This document shows, in pieces, positions 1 through 8,850 of a stretch of DNA of 39,733 bases. The stretch is from an uncultured Bacilli bacterium. GTDB taxonomy: Bacteria > Bacillota_I > Bacilli_A > RF39 > UBA660. The notes below the pieces were generated by a model. That model worked only from the letters and a program-made list of their open reading frames with translations, made no database searches and was not told the DNA's origin. The DNA lies in NCBI GenBank assembly GCA_947591505.1, contig CANQDM010000003.1, positions 1-39,733 on the forward strand, in the 5' to 3' direction. Position 1 is the stretch's first letter; every line of letters begins with the position of its first letter. Position numbers and translations under genes: made by a program.

Positions 1-2
1 AT

Positions 3-1088
3 ACTGGTATAGTTCGTAATCCTTGGAATTTAAAAAGAATGTGTGCGGGATCTTCTTCTGGTAGTGCTGCTGCAGTGGCTGCCGGTGTTTATCCGTTTGC
101 TTTAGGTAGTGATACAGGGGATTCTATTAGAAAGCCGGCTGCCTATTGTGGTATTGTTGGCTATAAACCTACTTATGGTATGATTAGTCGTTATGGCTTG
201 TTTCCTTTTGCATCATCTCTAGATCATTGTGGCTGTCTTACCCGTTCCGTTAAAGATGCTGCTATTGTTGTTGATGCGATGAAAGGTATTGATAAAAATG
301 ATCAAACAAGTTGGGATTCATCTAATATGCATTTATATGAATCAATTGATGGCAAAGTAAAAGGTAAAAAATTATTTTATATTAAAAATATCGTTGATTT
401 AGAATATTATCAAAATCCAACTGAAGAATTTAAGAAACATATAAATAATTTTCATAAAACTCTTGAGATTTTAGAAAAATGTGGTGTAACAGTTGAAGGT
501 GTTGAAATAGACAAAACTCTACTTAATGCTATTCCAAGTGTTTATGTTTGTTTATCTTGTGCTGAAGCTACATCTAATATGTCTAATTTAACTGGTATTA
601 TCTTTGGCCCAAGAGGAAAAGGAGAAAACATCAACGAAATGATGAAAGATCATCGTACGAAAGGATTTTCACCTCTTATCAAAAGAAGATTTGTAATTGG
701 TTCATATATCCTACAAAAAGAAAACCAAGAAAAATACTTTGTTAATGCTCAAAGAGTTAGAAGATTAATCGTTGATAAAATGAAAGAATTATTTAAAACT
801 TATGATGGCTTAATTATGCCAGTTGGAACAGGTATAGCACCTTTCCTTGATAATCCAAAAGATTCAGTATCTAATGATGATGTCAGTGTTTTAGAAGAAC
901 ATTTACAAATTGGCAATTTTGGCGGTTTTCCATCTATAACTATTCCAGATGGCTTTATTGATAATATGCCAGTAGGCATTAATATTACTGGTAATTGCTA
1001 TGATGATATAAATGTTTTAAATATCGCTTATGCTCTAGAAAGAAAAATGCCATATAAAAATCAAATTGCTAAGGAGAGTGAAAAATAA
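3..1088 (+). CDS. gatA: Glu-tRNA(Gln) amidotransferase subunit A, 5' end outside window
   Basis: Amidase signature GSSSGSAAAVA...GSDTGDSIRKPAAYCG; frame open from base 3 (TGIVRNPWN..); abuts gatB. Confidence 0.95.
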   Translation, partial: TGIVRNPWNLKRMCAGSSSGSAAAVAAGVYPFALGSDTGDSIRKPAAYCGIVGYKPTYGMISRYGLFPFASSLDHCGCLTRSVKDAAIVVDAMKGIDKNDQTSWDSSNMHLYESIDGKVKGKKLFYIKNIVDLEYYQNPTEEFKKHINNFHKTLEILEKCGVTVEGVEIDKTLLNAIPSVYVCLSCAEATSNMSNLTGIIFGPRGKGENINEMMKDHRTKGFSPLIKRRFVIGSYILQKENQEKYFVNAQRVRRLIVDKMKELFKTYDGLIMPVGTGIAPFLDNPKDSVSNDDVSVLEEHLQIGNFGGFPSITIPDGFIDNMPVGINITGNCYDDINVLNIAYALERKMPYKNQIAKESEK

Positions 1089-2515
1089 TGGGAAAATATA
1101 AAGTAGTAATTGGCTTAGAAATGCACTGTGAACTTACTAGTAATACGAAAGTTTTCTCAAGTGCCGAAAATTCCTATAATGATACTCCTAATGCTAATGT
1201 AAGACCGGTTGATATGGCATTCCCTGGAACATTACCAGTAGTAAATATTGAATGTATAAGAAAAGCTTTACTAATATCTATGGTTCTTAATTGCACGCAA
1301 CCAGAATATATGTATTTTGATCGGAAAAATTATTATTATCCCGATCTTCCTAAAGGTTATCAAATTACCCAAATGCATGCACCCGTTGGGGTAAATGGTA
1401 AAATAACAATAGATGTAAATGGTAAAGACAAAGAAGTATTAATCCACGATATTCATCTAGAAGAAGATTCAGCCTCTCTAGATCATTATCGTGATATATC
1501 ATTAATTGATTACAATAGAGCAGGAGTTCCTTTACTTGAACTTGTAACTGAACCATGTTTTTATTCCGCTGAAGAAGCAGTAGCATTCTTAGAATACATG
1601 CGAAGAATTTACCAATATTGTGGCGTATCTGAAGCTGATACCAAAAAAGGACAAATAAGATGTGATGTCAATGTTTCAATAATGGATGAAGATGCAACGG
1701 AACTTGGAACAAAAGTAGAGATGAAGAATATCAATTCATTTGCTAATGTCTATGATGCTATTAACTATGAAATAAAAAGACAAACTGAACTTAAAGATGC
1801 AGGACGTTATGATGAAGTAGAACAAGAGACTAGAAGATTTGATGAAGAAACTGGTACTACTATTAGAATGCGTAGTAAAGTTGATGCTATTGATTATAAA
1901 TATTTTGTTGAACCTAATATTCCTAAATATAAAATAACTAAAGAATGGCTAGAGAAAATCAAAAAAGATATTCCAATGCTTCCAAGAGAAAGAAAAGAAT
2001 ATTATATAAATAAATTGGATTTATCTGAATATGATGCTAATATTATTATTAAAGAAAAAGATTATGCTGATTATTTTGAAGAATGCGTAGATATTGGCAT
2101 TAATCCTAAAACTGCTGCTAATTATTTAATTGTCCAAATTATTGCTTATTTAAATAAAGAAGGTATTGCTTTAAAAGATTTCTATTTAACACCTAAGTTA
2201 CTTTACCAAATAACAAGTGAACTTGATAAAGGCACAATATCATCTAAACAAGCCAAAGAAATATTTAATAAATCTATTATGGAAGGGAAAGAACCTAAAA
2301 CATATATTACGAGTGATAATGCCCAAATATCTGATACAGATGCACTGAATAGTATAATAGATAATATTTTAGCAAATAATGAGTCTCAAATAGAAGGATA
2401 TCATAATGGTAAGACAAATTTATTTGATTATTTCGTTGGTCAAGTTATGAAAGAAACTAAAGGTAAAGCCAACCCAACAATAGTTAAAGATATTTTAAGA
2501 AAAAAATTAGATTAA
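1088..2515 (+). CDS. gatB: Asp/Glu-tRNA amidotransferase subunit B
   Basis: VIGLEMH, FDRKNYYYPDLPKGYQITQ, RCDVNVS motifs; C-terminal GQVMKETKGKANP. Confidence 0.97.
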   Translation: MGKYKVVIGLEMHCELTSNTKVFSSAENSYNDTPNANVRPVDMAFPGTLPVVNIECIRKALLISMVLNCTQPEYMYFDRKNYYYPDLPKGYQITQMHAPVGVNGKITIDVNGKDKEVLIHDIHLEEDSASLDHYRDISLIDYNRAGVPLLELVTEPCFYSAEEAVAFLEYMRRIYQYCGVSEADTKKGQIRCDVNVSIMDEDATELGTKVEMKNINSFANVYDAINYEIKRQTELKDAGRYDEVEQETRRFDEETGTTIRMRSKVDAIDYKYFVEPNIPKYKITKEWLEKIKKDIPMLPRERKEYYINKLDLSEYDANIIIKEKDYADYFEECVDIGINPKTAANYLIVQIIAYLNKEGIALKDFYLTPKLLYQITSELDKGTISSKQAKEIFNKSIMEGKEPKTYITSDNAQISDTDALNSIIDNILANNESQIEGYHNGKTNLFDYFVGQVMKETKGKANPTIVKDILRKKLD

Positions 2516-2518
2516 ATA

Positions 2519-2547
2519 TTTACAAATAGATATTTATTAGTTAATAT
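2519..2547 (+). promoter_or_regulatory. Putative sigmaA promoter of the DUF3800 gene
   Basis: TTTACA (2519-2524), 17 bp, TAATAT (2542-2547). Confidence 0.45.
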
Positions 2548-2560
2548 TAAAAGTGGGTAG

Positions 2561-2588
2561 AGAAGACTGTAAAGTAGGTCTTCTTTTT
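2561..2588 (+). terminator. Intrinsic terminator or attenuator hairpin between gatB and the DUF3800 gene
   Basis: AGAAGACT...GGTCTTCT stem followed by TTTT, nested in a longer stem 2549-2603. Confidence 0.65.
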
Positions 2589-2613
2589 GCTTGCCCAACT
2601 TTTGAGGTGACTT

Positions 2614-3282
2614 ATGGCAAAATTAAAAATTTATATTGATGAAAGTGGTGATTTTGGTTTTACAGAAAAATCTTCAGAATTATATGTTGTATCATTTGTT
2701 TTTCATGATACATCTAAATCTTTAAAAGCAAAAATGAATTTTTTAAATGAAAAACTAAAGTCACTAAATTATAATGGTATGATTCATACAGCAGATTTAA
2801 TTGCCAATCGCAATGATTATGTCAAAATGAAATTAGAAGATAGAAAGAAAATATTCTCATCTTTATTTTACTTTGCCTTAAAATGTGATATTAAAACCAA
2901 ATCAATTGTAGTAGATAAAAAGTATAAAAATAATAAAATACAATTAAGACAAGATATTATAAATAAACTTAAAACTATGTTAGAAAAATATAATGAGTAT
3001 TTTTCAAAATTCGATAACATTATCATTTATTATGATAATGGTCAAGAAAAGTTAAAAAATATATTAAAAGAAGTATTTGAACATTATAATTATGAAATGA
3101 TTGAAAAATTTAATCATAAAGAAGAGAGATTATTTCAAATTGCGGATATGTTATGTGTTTTAGAAAAAATTAATTTTAATACTAAAAAGCATATTATTTT
3201 AAATAAACACGAAAAATATTTTTTTAGTACATTTGAATTTGATAAAATAATTAAAGATTTATATAAGAAAAATTTATCATAA
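2614..3282 (+). CDS. DUF3800 family protein (RNase H-like acidic motifs)
   Basis: N-terminal IYIDESG, central YYDNGQ, C-terminal QIAD; RBS GAGGTG at 2604-2609. Confidence 0.8.
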   Translation: MAKLKIYIDESGDFGFTEKSSELYVVSFVFHDTSKSLKAKMNFLNEKLKSLNYNGMIHTADLIANRNDYVKMKLEDRKKIFSSLFYFALKCDIKTKSIVVDKKYKNNKIQLRQDIINKLKTMLEKYNEYFSKFDNIIIYYDNGQEKLKNILKEVFEHYNYEMIEKFNHKEERLFQIADMLCVLEKINFNTKKHIILNKHEKYFFSTFEFDKIIKDLYKKNLS

Positions 3283-3425
3283 AAAAACAACCTGTTACAG
3301 TTGCTCTTTTAAGCGGCACATCTGTCCGGCTGCGGATCGAGTCCTTACCACGCCACAAATTAATGTGTTGATTCAGACTCGCAAGACATAATACAATTAT
3401 TTCTAATATATATTATGTCTTGTTT
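3281..3425 (-). ncRNA. Putative DUF3800-associated structured ncRNA (~145 nt), convergent with the gene
   Basis: GC-rich island; perfect 12-bp stem 3382-3393/3411-3422, 6-bp stem 3338-3343/3376-3381, hairpin 3325-3336; own promoter and U-tract terminator (3281-3305). Confidence 0.7.
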
Positions 3426-3430
3426 AACTA

Positions 3431-3459
3431 ATTATATAATACTTTTTTACTAATGTAAA
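3431..3459 (-). promoter_or_regulatory. sigmaA promoter of the putative ncRNA
   Basis: Minus strand TTTACA (3459-3454), 17 bp, TATAAT (3436-3431). Confidence 0.7.
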
Positions 3460-3542
3460 GGACATTATAAATGAATTTTAAACCAATAATTTGACAATTT
3501 TTTTAATATTTATATGCTACACTAGATTAAGGTGATAAAGGT

Positions 3543-3980
3543 ATGAAAAAGAATATAATATTAATATTATTTTCCCTTATATCTGGTGTTTTGTTTACAG
3601 TATTTATTTTAAATAAAGAAAATATATATGCAAAAGAAGAATATTTAGTTTATGCTTTTCAAGTTGGAGCCTACGAATCAATAGATAATGCTAATGATAT
3701 GATTAATAAACTACCATCCGGAATATCTATAAAAGAAGATAACTTATATAAAGTTTATAGTGCAATCTATAAAGATATTGATTTAGTAAATAAAATGATT
3801 ACTTATTTTAAAGATAATAATATTAATATTTATTTAAAGACTATTAATGTATCAAAAGATTTCTATTATATTTTAGATAATTATGAAAAAATAATTAGTA
3901 AAACTGATGATGTAAATATTTATGCTAAAGTTAATCAAAGTATTTTAAATACATATTTAGAAGGTATGAATAATGACTAA
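3543..3980 (+). CDS. Membrane-anchored SPOR-like domain protein (at the spoIIB position)
   Basis: N-terminal TM helix then FQVGAY..DNA...LYKVY pattern; lies upstream of mreC. Confidence 0.55.
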   Translation: MKKNIILILFSLISGVLFTVFILNKENIYAKEEYLVYAFQVGAYESIDNANDMINKLPSGISIKEDNLYKVYSAIYKDIDLVNKMITYFKDNNINIYLKTINVSKDFYYILDNYEKIISKTDDVNIYAKVNQSILNTYLEGMNND

Positions 3981-4614
3981 ATTTATTAAAGAAAATTATT
4001 TGTTTTTAGTAGTATTTTTACTAATTATTTTAAAAGAACCAATTTATCGTTTATTTACGATTAAAGATAATATATATACGCCAACTAGATGTGCTCTAAC
4101 GGAACAAGACTATAATAAATTACTCGAATTTAGTGAAATAGATTTAATATATGAAACAGATTATTTAAATACTTATATAATTTATAAAGATATCTATAAT
4201 TATTTAAATGAAATCACTATCAGAGGAGGTAAAGATCAAGATTTAAAAAATAATCCTGTTATTTATGATAATACTTTAGTAGGAGTAGTAGATAAAGTAA
4301 ATAAAAATAGTAGCATAGTTAAATTAATTACAAATAAAAATAGTAAAATATCTGTCAAAATAAATGAACAAATAGGTTTGCTTGAATATAAAAATAATCA
4401 ATTAATCGTGAGTGATATAAGTAGTGATGCCAAAGTTAACATAGGTGATCAAATATTTACCTCAGGTCTTGGTAATATTCATGAAAATATTTACATAGGT
4501 ACTGTAAAAAATATCATCAAAGACAAGAAAAATATTGAACTTATTATTGAAGTAGATTATAACTTAAAAATTAAAGATATTGATTATGTAACGATTATAA
4601 AGGAGTCATTATGA
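3973..4614 (+). CDS. mreC: Rod shape-determining protein MreC
   Basis: TM, then ITIRGGKD..PVI..LVGVV..V....S.VKLIT and GD.I.TSGLG..IYIG.V motifs. Confidence 0.85.
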   Translation: MTKFIKENYLFLVVFLLIILKEPIYRLFTIKDNIYTPTRCALTEQDYNKLLEFSEIDLIYETDYLNTYIIYKDIYNYLNEITIRGGKDQDLKNNPVIYDNTLVGVVDKVNKNSSIVKLITNKNSKISVKINEQIGLLEYKNNQLIVSDISSDAKVNIGDQIFTSGLGNIHENIYIGTVKNIIKDKKNIELIIEVDYNLKIKDIDYVTIIKESL

Positions 4615-5009
4615 TATTTTTGTTAATTATGTTTGATATACTAATTAATAATTATACTAATTATTCTTCCTATTTCTTTTTAATATATTTATATAATAAA
4701 CCTTATAAATATTATTTACTTACCGGTATTATTTTAGATTTCATTATATTTAATACATATTTTTACAATATAATTATTTTATCTTTAATGTATATAATTA
4801 ATAATATATTTAAATATTTAAATAAAAGCAACTTTTATGTTTTTATGTTTTATATGATGTTTAATTATATATGTTACATATTATTAAGCAACTTTATTCT
4901 TTTAAATGGGATATCTAATATATTAATAAACATCGGTTTAAATCTTTTTATTAATTTTTTGTTTTTTGCTTTAAGTTTTAGAATAATTAGGACTAGTAAA
5001 ATAAATTGA
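4611..5009 (+). CDS. mreD: MreD-like integral membrane protein
   Basis: Hydrophobic 132 aa, GIILD motif, overlaps mreC stop. Confidence 0.55.
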   Translation: MIFLLIMFDILINNYTNYSSYFFLIYLYNKPYKYYLLTGIILDFIIFNTYFYNIIILSLMYIINNIFKYLNKSNFYVFMFYMMFNYICYILLSNFILLNGISNILINIGLNLFINFLFFALSFRIIRTSKIN

Positions 5010-5042
5010 ATTATGGTAGAATAAAATGCACTTTAAAGGACG

Positions 5043-5975
5043 ATGCATATGGATGATGTAAATATAGCAATTGAGGAAGTAAAAAAAATAATTCGTAAAT
5101 GTATTATTCCAATGTTACCAAGTGAATTAGAGCCTCCTAATAGTTTTGAAGGCTATCAAAATTTGTATTATCAAACAAATGAAAATATTGCTGAATATTT
5201 AAATCTAATTGATTTAGCTAATAAAAAATCTGCTTTATGTGTAGCGGGCAGTGGTGATCAAGCTTTTTCACTTATTGCTAAAGGAATAAATAATATTCAA
5301 TTATTTGATATTAATAAATTTACAGAATATTTTATTTTAGGTTTAAAAAGAACTATGATTGAAAAATATAATTATTCTGATTATATAAATTTGTTTAATA
5401 AATTAATATCTCCAATGACAATGCCAAACGAAGTAGAAGAAATATTATCAGATGTATTGTTAATAATGAACGAACCATATAAAACGTTTTGGCAAGCTAT
5501 ACTAAATTTTAATTTTAAGTATCTTAAAGAGATAAATGTTAAAACTAACTTTATGTATGGTTTAAATGTTAATGCAGGATTAAAGATAATTTCATCGTTT
5601 TGTACTTATTTAGAAAATGAAGAAAACTATAATAAATTAAAAAATAATTTAGGCAATGCTAATATTAATTTCAAATATTGTAATGGGTTAGAACTTACTA
5701 AAAATTTTAATAATAAATTTGATTTAATATTACTTTCTAATATTTTGGATTATGCTTTCATTTATTGGGGAAACAATTGGCATATGCAAAATCTAAATAG
5801 TTATATTGCTGAACTAAAAAAAATACTAAAGAATAATGGAATTATATTTTTACATTATATTTTTTACTCAAGTAAACCATTTCATCAATCTGATTTTTGT
5901 ATACCTTATTTAGATTTTGAAAATGAAACGTATAATTTAAGTAATAATCATCAAATACTATTGGTACGTAAATAA
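5043..5975 (+). CDS. SAM-dependent methyltransferase-fold protein, DUF3419/BtaA-like, paralog 1
   Basis: Y.QTNEN, ALCVAGSGD (motif I-like), FDIN, KFDLILLSNILDY. Confidence 0.65.
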   Translation: MHMDDVNIAIEEVKKIIRKCIIPMLPSELEPPNSFEGYQNLYYQTNENIAEYLNLIDLANKKSALCVAGSGDQAFSLIAKGINNIQLFDINKFTEYFILGLKRTMIEKYNYSDYINLFNKLISPMTMPNEVEEILSDVLLIMNEPYKTFWQAILNFNFKYLKEINVKTNFMYGLNVNAGLKIISSFCTYLENEENYNKLKNNLGNANINFKYCNGLELTKNFNNKFDLILLSNILDYAFIYWGNNWHMQNLNSYIAELKKILKNNGIIFLHYIFYSSKPFHQSDFCIPYLDFENETYNLSNNHQILLVRK

Positions 5976-6528
5976 GAAGGGCGAATTATATGAATGAATT
6001 AAATACCGCCATTAAAGAAGTAAAAAAGATGATTGATATAAATATGTTTGGAACTAAAAATTATGATAGTTATAACTTATTTGCTGGCTATCAAAGAGTA
6101 TATTTTCAAACTAATGAAAATATAGATAGCTATTTAGGAATATATGATTTAAATCATAAAAAAAATGCTTTATGTGTAGCAGGCAGTGGTGATCAAGCCT
6201 TTTCTCTTATTGCTAAAGGAATAAATGATATTCAATTATTTGATATTAATAAACTAACTGAATATATGATACTTGGTCTTAAAAAAGCAATTATATTAAA
6301 ATATAATTATTCAGAGTATTTTGAAATAATGTTTAAACTAGTAAATCTTCAAACTAATTTTAGAGATATATATAATATTATTAATGATTTAATTCCTTAT
6401 ATGGAAGAAAAATATCAATATTTTTGGCTAGAAGTAATTAACTATTATAAAATGCTACAATTAAGTGCTGTGTATTAGATTGGTGGTGCTAAATATATAG
6501 AAATATAATAAAAAATGCGATATAATTA

Positions 6529-6640
6529 ATTTGCTAAAGTTGAATTTAATAGAAAGGAAATATTCTTAACCAGTTAGCAAATCTATTAAGTTCAATTTTA
6601 GCGAATAAACTTAAAGCTAACTGGTTAAGAATATTTTTTT
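6529..6640 (+). promoter_or_regulatory. Structured leader of the transposase with two interleaved inverted repeats
   Basis: A 6529-6553 pairs A' 6582-6606 (25 bp, 3 G.U); B 6558-6578 pairs B' 6616-6636 (21 bp perfect) then T-run; TATAAT at 6521-6526. Confidence 0.7.
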
Positions 6641-6652
6641 AAGGATTAAAAT

Positions 6653-7687
6653 ATGAATTATGATTTAAATAATATGACTCCAAGGGATATAGAAAAATTA
6701 ATTGAATTTTTGCAAACAATTTTAGGAAATACATTAGAAAGTAAAAATACTATTTCAAAAGTTGTAAAACAAGAAAGTGAAAATATAGAATGTCCATATT
6801 GCCATTGTAATGATTGTATAATAAAAAGTGGATATACTAAAAATAAAATCCAAAGATATTTATGCAAAACATGTAGAAAAAAATTTATTAGTACAACAAA
6901 TACTCTTTGTTATCGTACTAAACTTTCTTTCGGTGATTGGCAGTTATTTTTTGAATGTATGGCAGATTGTTTATCAATTAGAAAAACAGCAGCTAAAATA
7001 CATAAAAATAAAAATACAGTTTTTGCTATGAGACTAAAAGTATTACAAGCATTGTCTACATTTAGAAACAAGGTTAAGTTATCAGGAGAAATACAAGCAG
7101 ATGAATTTAGTATGCCTATAAATTTTAAAGGAATGAAACAAAGTAATATGCCGAGATATTCTAAAAAAAGAAAATCAGCAAGTAAAAAAGTTAATCATAA
7201 AGTTTGTGTACTGGGAGCAATAGATGAAAATGACAATCAATATTTAGAAATAGTTGGCAACGGTGAAATAACCAGTAAGGAAATCGAAGAATCCTTAGGA
7301 TCAAAAATTGAAGCAGGTAATATGCTAATTACCGATTGTAGAAGTGCATATGAATCTTTTGCTAAAAATCATAATTTGAAATTAGAACAAATAAAATCAA
7401 AAACATATAAAAATGAAAACGGATATACTTTATCAGAAATAAATGGTTTGCATTCAAATTTTTTTGGCTTTATTAGTCATTTTAAAGGAGTATCGACAAA
7501 ACACCTTCAAGGATATATAGACTGGTTTGTTTATAAAAAATATATAGATTATGCAATTGAAGTAATAAATCATCCAAAAGAAATGTTATATTATACAATT
7601 AAACAAAAAAGTAACATTACTATAAAAGACATTTATAATGCTGATTTTCCTTTTGACATTGATATAGCTTATGCTGATTATCATTAA
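6653..7687 (+). CDS. IS1595-family transposase
   Basis: Zn ribbon CPYC...YLCKTC, HTH (SIRKTA), IQADE / LITD / EINGLHS catalytic motifs, F.GVSTKHLQGY..WF. Confidence 0.92.
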   Translation: MNYDLNNMTPRDIEKLIEFLQTILGNTLESKNTISKVVKQESENIECPYCHCNDCIIKSGYTKNKIQRYLCKTCRKKFISTTNTLCYRTKLSFGDWQLFFECMADCLSIRKTAAKIHKNKNTVFAMRLKVLQALSTFRNKVKLSGEIQADEFSMPINFKGMKQSNMPRYSKKRKSASKKVNHKVCVLGAIDENDNQYLEIVGNGEITSKEIEESLGSKIEAGNMLITDCRSAYESFAKNHNLKLEQIKSKTYKNENGYTLSEINGLHSNFFGFISHFKGVSTKHLQGYIDWFVYKKYIDYAIEVINHPKEMLYYTIKQKSNITIKDIYNADFPFDIDIAYADYH

Positions 7688-8235
7688 CACCACCAATCTA
7701 ATACACAGCACAATTAAGTGAAAAAACTAATTATAATTTGATTAAGATGTTAAGTTTAACTAATATTGAACAAATAGTTAAAAATAATTCTTCCTATTTA
7801 AATTCAAACGAAGATTATGATAAATTAAGAAATAATTTAAAAGAATGTATTATAAATTTTAAAAGTGTAAATGCAATTACTTTAGAAAATGATTTTCAAA
7901 ATAATAAATTTGATTTAATATTGCTTTCTAATATTCTTGATTATTTTCATCTTTATTGGGGAAATAATTGGCCTATTTCTTATTTAGAAAAATATGTTAA
8001 TGGATTATGCAATATTATGAATAATGATAGTATTCTTTATCTTCATTATGCTTTTACTCCTTATATTTGGCCACGTATATTTAATGGAACTAATATTAAG
8101 ATAAGTAATCTTCCACAATATTATGAAATAAAAGAAATAGTTAATTTAAACAATTTAAAACAAAAAGATATGATAATTTTAAAAAGAATGCGATAAAATA
8201 CCATATAAGTGAATATATTTTAGTGGGAGATATTT

Positions 8236-8850
8236 ATGAAGAAAATAAATGATTACACTAAAATAAGTCATAAGAGTTATAGTAGTAAAAAAGCTGATTT
8301 AAGTGATAAAAAAATCAAGTATTTAAAAAATTTAATTACAAGATCATTACTTAGTATTATTTTAATAATTAGTATTTGTATTTTAATTAAAGTTAATGAT
8401 AACAATAAAGTATTAGTCAATAAATATTTATATGAAGATTCACTTAAATTTACCAAAATAAATAATTGGTATCAAGATAAATTTGGTAAACTTTTACCTA
8501 AAGTAGATAATAGTGAAGAATTAGTCTTAAATAGTGATGATTTTAAAAGTTATAAATATACTGCTTATAAAGATGGAGTAAAAATAGATATTAGTAAAGG
8601 TAGTCCAATTTCTTTACTTAATGGTGGTATTGTTGTTTTTATGGGTGAAAAAGAAGACTATGGTAATACTTTAATCTTACAAGGTAATGATGGAATAGAT
8701 TATTGGTATGGTAATATTACAAATACTAATGCTACTTTATATGATTATTTAGAAAAAGATACCTTAATAGGAGAATCTAAAGATAATTATCTTTATTTAG
8801 TATTACAAAAAGATGGTCAGTATTTAAGTTATGAAGAATATCTTAAATAA
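8236..8850 (+). CDS. spoIVFA: SpoIVFA-like M23-domain protein
   Basis: TM plus degenerate M23 (GIVVFMGEKEDYGNTLILQG.DG...WYG); directly before an M50 protease and rplU, as in Bacillus. Confidence 0.7.
   Translation: MKKINDYTKISHKSYSSKKADLSDKKIKYLKNLITRSLLSIILIISICILIKVNDNNKVLVNKYLYEDSLKFTKINNWYQDKFGKLLPKVDNSEELVLNSDDFKSYKYTAYKDGVKIDISKGSPISLLNGGIVVFMGEKEDYGNTLILQGNDGIDYWYGNITNTNATLYDYLEKDTLIGESKDNYLYLVLQKDGQYLSYEEYLK

Larger units (their letters stand above)
6466..7710 (+). mobile_element. IS1595-family insertion sequence (1245 bp), probably ISPna2/DDN subgroup
   Basis: Perfect 23-bp terminal inverted repeats TGCTGTGTATTAGATTGGTGGTG (6466-6488, 7688-7710); 8-bp target duplication CAATTAAG (6458-6465, 7711-7718). 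Confidence 0.95.
5990..8196 (+). pseudogene. DUF3419/BtaA-like paralog 2 disrupted by IS1595
   Basis: Joining 5990-6465 to 7719-8196 gives an open 954-nt frame (317 aa, ...KMLQLSEKTNYNLIKML...) colinear with paralog 1. Confidence 0.9.

Noticed and set aside
3300-3385. GC-rich stretch as tRNA or SRP RNA
   Set aside because: No cloverleaf, T-loop or SRP domain IV motif recognisable on either strand
5990-8196. Two separate genes of 162 aa and 152 aa
   Set aside because: They join in frame once the IS and one target duplication are removed
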